A stretch of DNA of 64,000 bases, from assembly GCA_016748015.1 (NCBI GenBank), contig JAAOMT010000484.1:195443-259442 (forward strand), read 5' to 3'. Both the position numbers and the translations under genes were made by a program. Positions 1-10,877 of this stretch are shown piece after piece. The notes beneath the pieces were generated by a model. It was given only the letters and a program-made list of their open reading frames with translations, searched no databases and was not told where the DNA came from. How positions within the stretch are numbered: position 1 is the first letter of the stretch; every line of letters starts with the position of its first letter. This DNA is from Geosiphon pyriformis uo1 (taxonomy: Eukaryota > Fungi > Glomeromycota).

Positions 1-556
1 TACATCAAAACCTGTGACATCTGCCAAAGAAGAGGCAAACCCAATTGCAAAAAATATATTCATCTAATCTCTGTTGGTCAACCATTTGACAGAATTGGTA
101 TAGATGTTGTTGGACCTTTAACAATAACTCCTGATGACAACAGATATATTATCACAGCTACTGACTATTTTACAAAGTGGATAGAAGCAAGAGCCACTTC
201 TGACCAAACAGCAGTCTCAATAGCCAATTTCATTTATGAAGATATCATTTGCCATCATGGCTGCCCCAAAGAACTTTTATCTGATAGAGGAAGAGCTTTT
301 TTCAGTACACTGGTTGAAGAACTTTGTAGAAAAATGGGAATACATTATAAACTTTCCTCTCCTTATTACCTTCAAACAAATGGTCTAGTAGAACGTTTCA
401 ACAGAACACTATGTGAAACCCTAGCCAAAACCAGTGAAAAAACAAACTTATGGGACAAAGTACTGTCTTCAGCTTTGTTTGCTTATAGAACTGTGAATCA
501 TGACATAATAAGTTATAAATCTTTTTATCTGCTCGATAGACACATGGCAATACTAC
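1..556 (+). pseudogene. Ty3/Gypsy family A copy A0, integrase core (5' part), interrupted by nested copy A1
   Basis: Frame 1 reads YIKTCDICQRRGK...IGIDVVGPL...ATDYFTKW...LLSDRG...TNGLVERFNRTL (zinc-finger end plus D,D,E core); the frame resumes at 13159. Confidence 0.93.
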
Positions 557-1269
557 TGTTACAGGTTGGAGTAACAAGCTAACAGATAGCAAGGGAAAAC
601 AGAATTGTAGGGTAATGGAAATAATCAAAGGGAATTCAACTTCAAAGAGTGAATTGAATAAGTATGGATTCAATGTGTGAGATCAGTCTCATAAAATATC
701 TCAGTTGCTATTCATTTCAAAAGGTAACTGAGAAATCTGAAGGTAAAGGGATAGTCTGTACTATCAACAAATGAACATACTTGGTATAATTCTATGCCTC
801 ACATTGGTGCTCTTAGAATTCAATATCAAGTATTAGATGTGCTCTTCAGTCACGTTTTTATTCAATAATCTTCAAATGTTACACTTATACGTTTCAGAAA
901 AAGGGTAAGAATTAACCAACAAGTAATCTTTTATCTTAAGATATTTAGATACTTGAAGGTAGGAAAAAGAAAATTAGCAATAAAAGAGTGATTGAGATGA
1001 AAGTTGTTATTTTATTTATTCTTGATTATTTTGAACATATTTTTCTACAGATAAGAGATTTATCACTTATATAGTTGTCAAAAGTGGTCAATGATCAGGT
1101 CAATGATTAGGTTATTAATCAGGTCAATGATCAGGTTAATAATCAGATCAATGGTCAAGTCATTGATCAGGTCAATGATCACTATCTAAAAATAGAGTGG
1201 CTAATTTATATAACATCAGTGGCTAATACATGTAATAATTAATAAGAAGTATAAGTTTCAACCATAACA
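557..1269 (-). repeat. 3' LTR of A1
   Basis: On the minus strand TGTTATGG...CCAACCTGTAACA; near copy of 12467-13158; preceded by purine tract GGAGAGAATGA (PPT, ~1270-1280). Confidence 0.92.
1087..1180 (-). repeat. 12-bp tandem array (TGACCTGATCAT) in LTR U3
   Basis: About 8 degenerate GGTCAATGATCA units on the + strand; the same array is in every family A LTR. Confidence 0.9.
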
Positions 1270-1895
1270 TCATTCTCTCCAAAGAGATTGAGCTCCAGCA
1301 AAATCAAGCTATTTATGGGGTAATCAATTTGAAGAGTTTTATTTAACTCAAAGCTAACTAGTTTGTTGAAGTCTTTTGTAGATAAGGTATATAACACTTG
1401 AGGCAAAATGAGTTTTGTATTCAAGAGACCAAATCTTTGTATTAGAGTTTTGGCTCTTTTAGCAATAGTTAAAACTCTTGAAACATCTAATCATATAATG
1501 CCCAAAATTTCTGTCTGTATTTCTGAAGTTGTTTTCTTCATGAGTTTCATATCCTCTATAATTTCACCAAGGCAACCATAGAGTTCTAATTGCCTTCCAT
1601 ATGACAAGTTTTTGTCTATGGGTAAGATTTCTTGGAGTGTTTTTCCAATTGTGTTGGAAGGTGAGAGTATAGTTGCTGTTATGCTTTCCAACAGATATTT
1701 ATCCATTTTATTACCAATTCTTTCTCTTTTAGTAGTAGTTTTCTTTGGTCTAATAACAGTATGTGTTCTACTGTTATCAGTTATGATGGTTTATTTTCCA
1801 ATGATCAAAGTAGCATTTGAATAGTTTTTGATCCAATACTCATGGAGAGTATAGAAGGTGTTTTAAATGTTTTGATCCAGAAAATAATTGTTCAT
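1239..1895 (-). pseudogene. Family A ORF3 (unknown function), A1 copy
   Basis: MNNYFLDQNI...MDKYLLESITATILSPS...LFGENDVMVETYTSY; homologous to 13650-14273 and 43083-43739. Confidence 0.8.
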
Positions 1896-2460
1896 GTTGA
1901 TTGAAGATACCTCTGTTTTGGGAATGGTGCATTTATTTATACTTGATTTTTGTTGATCATTTGAACCAATCAGGTCGTTTATGATATTTCTTGAGTCATG
2001 TACCATAAACAGGATGATTATTGAAGATTGTTCTGGATTGATCTTGAAGAATATAAGAACCATTGTTTAAAACTTTGTTGATTATAAAGAGTCCTTTCCA
2101 CTGGCTAAAAAATTTATTACCATAAACATTGTCTCTGTCTGAATGGTATTCTAATACCAAGTCACCAACACTTAAAGAAAGTGTTTTATAGGTTTTCTTT
2201 CTTTTAAGCTTTTCTTGGAACTGTTTTATCTTTTCAAAAGCAATTATTTGTGCTTTTACCAAGAAGTCAAGAATAGTATTAAGTCTTCTTTACAAAATTT
2301 CTTTGTAATTTCCTATTGTGATCTCTTTAAAAGGTATTGTTTCAATGTCAGTTTCTATTGGTAGTGTTGCCATGCATTTATAGAGCAGATAAAAAGGTAC
2401 ATAACTTGTTTTGTCATGATTCACAGTTCTATAAGCAAACAAAGCTGAAGACAGTACTTT

Positions 2461-4900
2461 AGAAACTCTTTCTCTTCTAAATTTTATGACCACGAATAGA
2501 ACTAAGAGTAAAAAAGTTGCAAACATTATTTTTCCTATAATAACTAATAAAGTTTTAACATGAAAGGATCTCTCTGTTATTGAAGCAGCTAGACAAAATG
2601 TTCTGGCAACATTTCCTTTAAAAAATATTAGTGATAAGCTGCCTTTAGCGGCTTCTGGTTCATTTTCTTCTCCTTTGGCTGGAAGTTCTTCTCCAGTCAA
2701 AGTTCCTTCAAAAAAGCACACTCAGGTTAGTCCCAGTGTTGTTTCTACCACTTCAAAAAGCCCAAAGATTTTTAATAACAGACCAGTCAACAAGTTGGTC
2801 TTTCTTGTTCTTACCACTTCCACTACTACTTCTACTACTACTACTTCACAAATAACTGCGAAAGTAAAAAATTCCAAAAAACAGCAGCAAGCAGTTGCAA
2901 CTGCTATGATCACACCAAATCCCTTTGTGGTTCCAGATAAGATCTTTAGTAAAATCTCCACAGCAGCAACAAGCCCTCTTCCTAATATGGATGGCAACAG
3001 CAGTGGCACATCTCCCAAGATGGGCCAAGATCAACTACTGGCTGTGTTGTCTGATGTAGTACTCTCCAGTAGATTATTGCCAATTCCAGTAGCAAAACAG
3101 TTCATCAATCTAGATGATCTTAAAAATTGGGCTGATCAGATGGAAATGGAATCAACTGTTCCTCCCAGTTTCTGGTGCAGCTGATGCTGGTGCTTGGAAG
3201 AATATAAATGGTCATTAGAGGTTCTCTGGTTGGGTGGTCTCCAATCTTGTACCTGGTGCTACATTTAAGATCAAGATAGCTTTGCTCAGTTCTTTGTTTC
3301 AGTTGCTGCCTGGTTGTATTGGGCTTAAGTCAGTTTCATGAGATGCTGTTAAGTTGTTCTGTGTAGAATTTGCATCTTAAGAGAGTCTAAATGATGCTAC
3401 CAAAGTGGTCATTAGTGATAAGATTTTTTTGACCACTCTTAAGATTGCACAGTCTTCTGGAGTGGCCTCTGTTTCTTCCTTTTCTTTGTCAGTTGTACTG
3501 CATAATGTACCTTTGGGTATCTTTTCTGATGACATCAAAACTACTTTTGGCATTTTTGGTGTTGTCACTTCTGTTAAGTTGAAGCCTGCTGGCTTATGAC
3601 AATATGCTGTGGTTAATTTTAAAAACATTTTTTCTGCTGCTGCTGCTCTCTCTAACTGGTCTATACTGGTCAGAAAGGACAGTGTTAGGATTCTTCCTAT
3701 TGCCAACCAAAAAGAAGTTATCTTCACAAGAGATGCATTCAAAGCTAAGTTGGTCAATCTTCCATTTGGTTGTACTGCCTTTGAGATAAGTAATTTGGTC
3801 TTCCAAGTTGGTGGCTGTACATGTTTCATTCCTCGCTCCTCTAAATCTTATCAATGTTAATGCTTTGCTGTGGTTACCTTTGATTCTTTGGAATCTCTAA
3901 ATGTTGCTGTGTTAAAAACTGGTACCTTGTGTAGTTGTCACATCTGGTGGGAAACTTTTGGGTGTTGCTGCTGCTATAGGTGTTAAGACTTGAATTATTT
4001 AGCTGTGGATTGCAAAAAGTTGCCTTCTCTTCCACTTAAACTCTCTTCCAACACCCTGGGTGGCCCAAAAATTTCAAACCTTCATTTGTTGGATTTAAAT
4101 CTTATGCCAAGGCTGCTGCTTTTGTGGTTCCTCCTGGTGCTGCTGCTGCTGATATGGAATTGAATCTTGGTGGTTCTCCCAATACTACAACACCTGTGTT
4201 GCCTGCTGTTCTTTCCGTTCCCAATACAGCTGTTGAATCTAGGTTGGCTTCTCTTAAATCCCACCTTAGTGAACTATCTGTGTTGATTAAGTCTTTAGTT
4301 GAATCTGTCAATGCTCTGGTTGTATTGGTTACCAAATTGCTGTCTACTTCATTTGCTGTGGATGTGTCAGTCAAGGAATGTGTAAATGGATTGGTTAAGC
4401 AAAATAAAGACTTGGCTGCTGTTGTCACTGTAATGCAGAAAAGATTAACACATCTTGAGACAATAAGTGAACAAATCTGCTTGGAAAATGGATCAGATGT
4501 TGATGACATGGTTGATAATGTTAATGAAGATGATGATGAAGATAAAGATTTTTTAGTTTATAATAACATCTTTGATGTCATGATGTACTTATGGGAAGAT
4601 CAGTCTTCAAGAATCAAATCCAATCCTGATCAGACTGCTAAATAGATGAGTGGTATAGTTAAGAATAGTTATGAACTAGTAAGCATTATGAGTAAGATGT
4701 ATGAATTAGATATGTTTGATACATTAGGTAACAAAGGTAGTATTAGCATGTAGTTAAGGCTTTCTGCTTATGATTAGCCACATCTTGTGATTTTGTATTA
4801 TTAGGTAAGCTAGCTTTATGAAAAAGTCATGCTTTTTGAGTATGGCTAAACTAATAAAAGATCAGCATGGCTACTCATTAACAAAAAAAAAAAAAAAAAA
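2461..4900 (+). mobile_element. ORF1-only non-autonomous LINE-like element (family S), copy S1
   Basis: Poly(A) 4883-4900; 14-bp TSD GAAGACAGTA(C/T)TTT at 2447-2460 and 4901-4914; one decayed ORF, no EN or RT. Confidence 0.92.
2486..4753 (+). pseudogene. S1 ORF1-like protein (~750 aa): S/T/P-rich N-terminus, 2 RRM-like domains, CCHC knuckle, coiled coil, acidic tail
   Basis: VVLHNVPLG...IFGVVTSVKLKPAGL(W)QYAVVNF; KAKLVNLPFGCTA...CFIPRS; CYRC..LNYLAVDC; VESRLASLKSHLSEL; aligns by eye to LINE ORF1 at 30560-31045. Confidence 0.85.
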
Positions 4901-5301
4901 GAAGACAGTATTTTGTCCCATAAGTTTGTTTCTTTACTGGTTTTGGCTAGGGTTTTACATAGTGTTCTATTGAAATGTTCTACTAGGCCATTTGTTTGGG
5001 AGTGATAAGAGGAGAAAAGTTTATGACATATTCTCATTTTTCTACAAAGTTCTTCAACCAATGTACTGAGAAAAGCTCTTCCTTTATCAGATTAAAGTTT
5101 TTTGGGGCAGTTATGACAGCAGATGATATCTTTATAAATGAAATTGGCTATTGAGACTGCTGTTTGGTCTGGGGTGGTTCTTGCTTCTACCCACTTTGTA
5201 AAATAGTTAGTAGCTATGATAATGTATCTGTTGCCATCAGGAGTTATTGTTAAAAGTCCAACAACATTTATACCAATTCTGTCAAATAGTTGACCAACAG
5301 A

Positions 5302-7724
5302 AAGAACAATATCATATTCTTTCTCTCCTAATTTTCATGACCATGACTAGAGTTAAGAGTAAAAAAGTTGCAAACATTACTTTTCCTATTGTAACTAATA
5401 AAGTTTCAACACGAAAGGGTCTCTCTGTTATTGAAGCAGCTAAACAAAATGTTTTGGCAACATTTTCTTTAAAAAGCAGTAGTGAAAAGCTGCATTTAGC
5501 AACCTCTGTTTCTGTTTCTTTTTCTTTGGCTGGGAGTTCTTTTCCAGTCAAAGTTCTTTTAAAAAGACACACTCGGGTTAGTTTCAGTGTTGTCTCTACC
5601 ACTTCAAAAAGCCCAAAGATTTTTAATAACAGACTAGTCAACAAGTTGGTCTTTCTTGCTCTCACCACTCTCACTACTACTACTACTACTACTACTTTAA
5701 CTTTACAAATGGCCACAAAAACCAAAAATTCCAAAAAACAGCAATAGACAGTCACAACTGCTATGGTCACACTGAACTCCTTTGTGGTTCCAGATGAGAT
5801 CTTGGGTAAGATCTCCACAGCAGCAGCCAGTCCTCTTTCTGATATGGATGGCAATAGCAATGGCTCAACTCTTAATGTGAAACAAGATCAACTGCTGGCT
5901 GTGTTGTCTAATATGGTAATCTCCAACAGATCTTCTCCTGTCATGGAAGCAAAACAGTCTATCATTTCAGATGATCTCAAAGATTGGGCTGATCAGATGG
6001 AAATGAAATCATCTACTCCTTTCCCAGTTTCTGGTGTTGCTGATGAAAATGCTTAAATGAATGTGTATGATCAGCAAAGATTCTCTGGATGGGTGGCATC
6101 CACTCTTGTGCCTGGTGCCACATTTAAGATCAAGATGGCCCTGCTTGGTTCCTTGTTTCAGTTGCTGCCTGGTTGTATTGGGCTTAAGTCTGTTTTACAA
6201 GATGCTGTTAAGTTGTTCTGTGTGGAATTTGCATCTCAGGAGAGTTTAAATGGTGCCACCAAAGTGGCCATCAGTGATAAGGTTTTTTTGACCACTCTTA
6301 AGATTGCACAGTCTTTTGGTGTGGCCTCTGTTTCTTCCTCTTTCTTGTCAGTTGTACTGTACAACATACCTTTGGGTACCTCTTCTGATAACATTAAAAC
6401 TGCTCTTGGCATTTTTGGTGTTGTTACTTCTGTTAAGTTGAAGCCTGCTGGCTTATGGCAATATGCTGTAGTTAATTTTAAGAACATTTTTTCTGCTGCT
6501 GCTGCTCTTTCTAACTGGTCTGTACTGGTCAGAAAAAACAGTGTTAGGATTCTTCCCGTTGTCAACCAAAAAGAGGTTATCTTCACAAGAGATGCATTCA
6601 AAGCTAAGTTGGTCAATCTTCCATTTGGCTGTACTGCCTTTGAGATAAGTAATTTGGTCTCTCAAGTTGGTGGCCATACATGTTTTATTCCTCACTCTCC
6701 TGAATCTTATCAACGTCAATGCTTTGCTGTAATTACCTTTGATTTCTTGGAATTTCTGAATGTTGCTGTGTTAAAAACTGGTACCTTGCGTGATTGCCAC
6801 ATCTGATGGGAAACCCCTGGATGTCACCATTGCTATAAATGTCAAGACTTGAATTATTTGGCTGTGAACTGCAAGAAGTCACCTCTTCTTCCTCCCAAAA
6901 TCCCTTCTAACACTTCTGGTGGTCCCAAAATTTTCAAATCTTCATTTGCTGGATCTAAATCTTATGCCAAGGCTGCTGCTTTTGTGGTTCCCTCTGGTGT
7001 TGCTGCTGCTGATATGGACTTGGATCTCAGTGGTTCTCTTGAAATGACAACACTCATGTTGCCTGCTGTTCTTTCTGCTCCCAATTCTGCTGTTGAATCT
7101 AGGTTGGCTTCTTTAGAATCTCATCTTAGTGAACTTTCTGTGTTAATAAAATTCTTGGTTGAATCTGTCAATTCTCTGGTTGCATTGGTTACCAAATTGC
7201 TGTCTACTTCATCTGCTGTGGATGCATCAGTTAAGGAGTTTGTGGAGGGGTTGGCTAAGCAAAATAAAGGCTTGACTGTTGTTACCACTGTAATGCAGAA
7301 AAAATTAACACATCTTGAGACAATAAGTGAACAAATCTGCTTGGAGAATGGATCAGATGTTGATGACATGGTTGATGATGTTAATGAAAATGATGATAAA
7401 GATAAAGATTTTTCAGTTTATAATAACACCTTTGATGTTATAATGCACTTATGAGAAAATCAGTCTCCAAGAATCAAATCCAGTCTTGATCAGACTGCTA
7501 AATAGATGAATGATATGGTTAAAGATAGTCATGAGCTTGAATTAGAAATGTTTGATACATTAAGTAGTAAAGGTAGTACTAGCATGTAGTTAAGGCTTTC
7601 TATCTGTGGTTAGCCGCATCTTGTAATTTTTGTATTATTGGGTGAGCTGGCTTTATGAAACTGCCACATTACTGTGGACTTAACTAATAAACAATCAGTG
7701 TGGCTACATGTTGACAAAAAAAAA
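5302..7724 (+). mobile_element. Family S half-LINE, copy S2
   Basis: Colinear with S1; ORF 5337-7589; short poly(A); TSD AAAT(A/G)GTTGACCAACA at ~5284-5299 and ~7722-7737. Confidence 0.92.
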
Positions 7725-8184
7725 TGGTTGACCAACAAAGATTGAATGGATATCTTTTTTGCGATTGGGTTTGCCTCTTCTTTGGCAGATGTTACAGGTT
7801 TTAATGTATTCAGCAATGTCTTTTTCCAAGGTAGGCCAATAATAGTGAGCTAAAGTTTTCTGAATTGTTTTTATTTTTTCAAAGTGTCTAGCTAATGGGT
7901 CTGTGTGCATGTTGTATATTACAATTTCTTTTTCTTTAAATCTAATGACTCTCTGGGGGCAGTCAGGATCTTTTCTGTTTCTTTTGTATAATTAGTTCTG
8001 ACAGATCAAATAGAAATTTGATTGTTTTTACAAATGTTCTCTTTGCTGTTAAGTGTATTCTGGTGGATATTGTCCTTTACCCAAAAATTCTATTAAGGCA
8101 GAGTAGTTGTCCAAGTTTATTATCATGTTTGTTTGTAAAGAAGTTACTAATAATTAAGTTGGTTTGGTTTGAGAGATTGTACTA

Positions 8185-10875
8185 TTACTGGATGGTAAGT
8201 CTAGAGAAAGTGTCAGCGTTTTGATGATTTGCTCCTTTGCAGTATCGAATATAATAGTCAAATTCATCCAAGTGGAGTATCCAGCAAGTTATTCATTTGT
8301 GTTCCAGCTTTTTTTTATTGTACAGCCAAACCAAGGCTTGATGATTTGTTACCACTAAGAAGTTTACACCAAGAAGATATTGATTCCAGTAGTTAGTAGC
8401 CCAAACTACTGCTAGACATTTTTGTTCAGTAATTGAATAGTTCTTTTTTGCTGGTGTGAAAAATCTACTGGCATATGCTATGACATGTTCTTTGCCATTT
8501 TCATCTTTCTGTAAAAGAACAGTACCAAGTCCATAACCTGATGCATCAGTGTGGAGGATAAAAGATTGGTCCAAATCAGGTTGTTTGAGAATTGGTTCAG
8601 TAACAAGTTTTTCCTTCAGAATTTCAAAAGCTTTTTGTTGATGAGTGCCCCAGTAATAATTGACATTTTTTTTGAGTAGCTGATTGAGAGAAAAGGCAAT
8701 TTTGGAGAAATCCTTGATAAATTTGTGATAGTAAGAGGCCAAACCAAGAAAAGAACATAGTTCAGGAACATTTATTGGTTGTCTAATGTTCTGAACTTTT
8801 TTAACTTTAGCTGAGTCAGGAAAAATTACATTTTTTGTAATAAAATGACCAAGAAACTGGATGGATTGGCATTCAAAGAAAGATTTAATTGGGTTGATTT
8901 TAAGGTCAGCATTTCTGAGCAGATCAAAAACCTTCTGTAAATGTTCAATGTGTTCATCCCAGGTTTTTGAATATACCATTATGTCATCCAAATAAACCAG
9001 AACAAAGTTTTTTTTTACTGATTCAAACACTTTATTTATTAGGCATTGAAAGATGGAAGGAACATTGGTAAGACCAAAAGGCATGACTGTGAATTCATAG
9101 GTGTTATACTTGGTGATGAAAGCAGTTTTTTTTCTGCTTTCTGGATTCAACTCTACTTGCCAGAATCCAGCAGTTAAATCAATGGTTGAGAAAAAAGCAG
9201 CATTATTGAATTTATCTAACATTGCATCAATTTTGGGGAGTGGATATATGTCTCTTATAGTGATAGCATTTAATTGACAGTAGTCAACACAAAAGCATAG
9301 GATTCTACCTTTTTTGGATACCACTACAACTGGAAAAGCTCATTCACTTTTGGTTTTTTGTATGAATCCAAGATCTTTCATCTGGTTTATTTCTTTTTTA
9401 ATAAACTCATTATTGTGTTAATTAGATTGATAAGACTTCAAATAGATGGGGTGAGTTTCTTTTGTGGTAATAGTGTGTTGTATCACATGGGTTTGTCCAG
9501 GGGTATTACCTTCTTTTGAGATAACTGGGCTATTCCTAGCCAACAGATTTTCAATGTCCACTTTTCTTTCTTTAGAAGAAGGTTCTTTTTGTTTTTCAAC
9601 TAGGAATTGGATTTCAGGTGGTTTATTCTCAAAGGACTTTTGTACTTCTTTAAGTTCTTCTTGAGGTATCAAGCTAATTGGTTCCCAATCTTTGTAATAG
9701 ATCAGGCAAGATTTGCATTCATCATTTGGCGAATACAAAGGTTTATTACACCAGCACCATGCACAAGGGCCATGTCTCTAATAACTGTATTTGACTTTCT
9801 TGCCAGGTTTTCTGTCAAAGGTTTTTCTGAGGATATTATAGTAGGGCCAGCAGATCAGCTTGCCATTTACCATGATTTTTTCTTTGTCAGCTTTAACATT
9901 GTCCAGTGGCTTGTCATTGCTGGTGAAGATGGTATAAGTAAGTTCAGCAGTTTCTTCTTGTTCTTCTTGATCTTCATTATCACTCTCATCATCATCTGAT
10001 TCATCTGATTGTTCTTTTTCTTGGTTCTGTTTGGTTACTGGAGAAGTTGTCCAATGACAACATTTAACCACAATGGGTTTCTTACCACATTTGATGGTTA
10101 GCTTGCAAAGTTCATAGTCAAGTAGTGCTTTAACTTTCTTAAGCCACTCATTACCAATAATTATGATGTACTTTTTTGCTTTAGATACTTCTATATCAGT
10201 TTTAATGCTGATACCATTAATGCAGACAGGAATAGCTTTGGCTATGCACAGGCCTTTTTTCTTGTCACCATGTATGTTGGTCATTGGTCTTGTGAAAGAC
10301 TTATCAATCTTTCTGCCAATTGCTTTAAGAAAGTGTTTGGCAATTACACTAACAGATAATCTACTGTCTAGGATTAGATCAATGAAGTAACCAGCTACTT
10401 GGGCTTTACAAATTAGAGGAGTGACATTGTTGTTATTAGCAAGTCCAGCTTAGCGAGGGCATTTGTTGGTCTTTGGTGTTTTCTTCTTTGGTATTAATGA
10501 TTTGTAAAGATTTTTTCTGAACTGTGGGTGAGTTATTAGTTGGCCAAATGTAATGTGTGCTGGGGTTTCCATGAGATCTTTAACAACAGAATAAGGACCA
10601 TATTTTTGTACTATTTCTGGAGGTTTCAACTTTGGAGGATTCTTGAAAACTTTGGCCTTTGGTGGCTTATTGTTATTAGTAGATAATTTGGATGCTTTGT
10701 TTGAATCCAAGACAAAATCAACCTTGGCTTTCTTCTTCTTTCTGGTTAATTCAGAAGTATTGATTGCTAGTTCATTCATATTATGGTCATCATTAGTTAG
10801 GTTAAAAGCATAAAAGAGGTTTTCTTTTGATTGGCTTGCACTCTCACCCTTTGGAGGTGCACTTACCAGTTTAAA
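8185..10875 (-). pseudogene. A1 pol: protease - Cys/Trp domain - RT - RNase H
   Basis: LILDS protease motif (~10365), RT FCVDY...MPFGL...VYLDDIMV, RNase H LHTDASGYG...YSITEQKCLAVV; ends LTIQ followed by TAA TAG. Confidence 0.93.
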
Positions 10876-10877
10876 GG

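Larger units (their letters stand above)
1985..8121 (-). pseudogene. A1 integrase ORF, split by S1 and S2 insertions
   Basis: HTDPLARHF...YYWP...KTCNICQRR (7704-7910), core fragments 4901-5300, C-terminal SVGDLVL...WKGLFII (1996-2262). Confidence 0.9.

Noticed and set aside
4743-4882. Hammerhead, hairpin, pistol or SECIS identity for the shared 3' tail
   Set aside because: No CUGAUGA core (CUUUAUGA instead), no hairpin loop A AGAA/GUC, no CCCUAA pseudoknot partner for UUAGGG, and no SECIS geometry; kept only as an unclassified structure.
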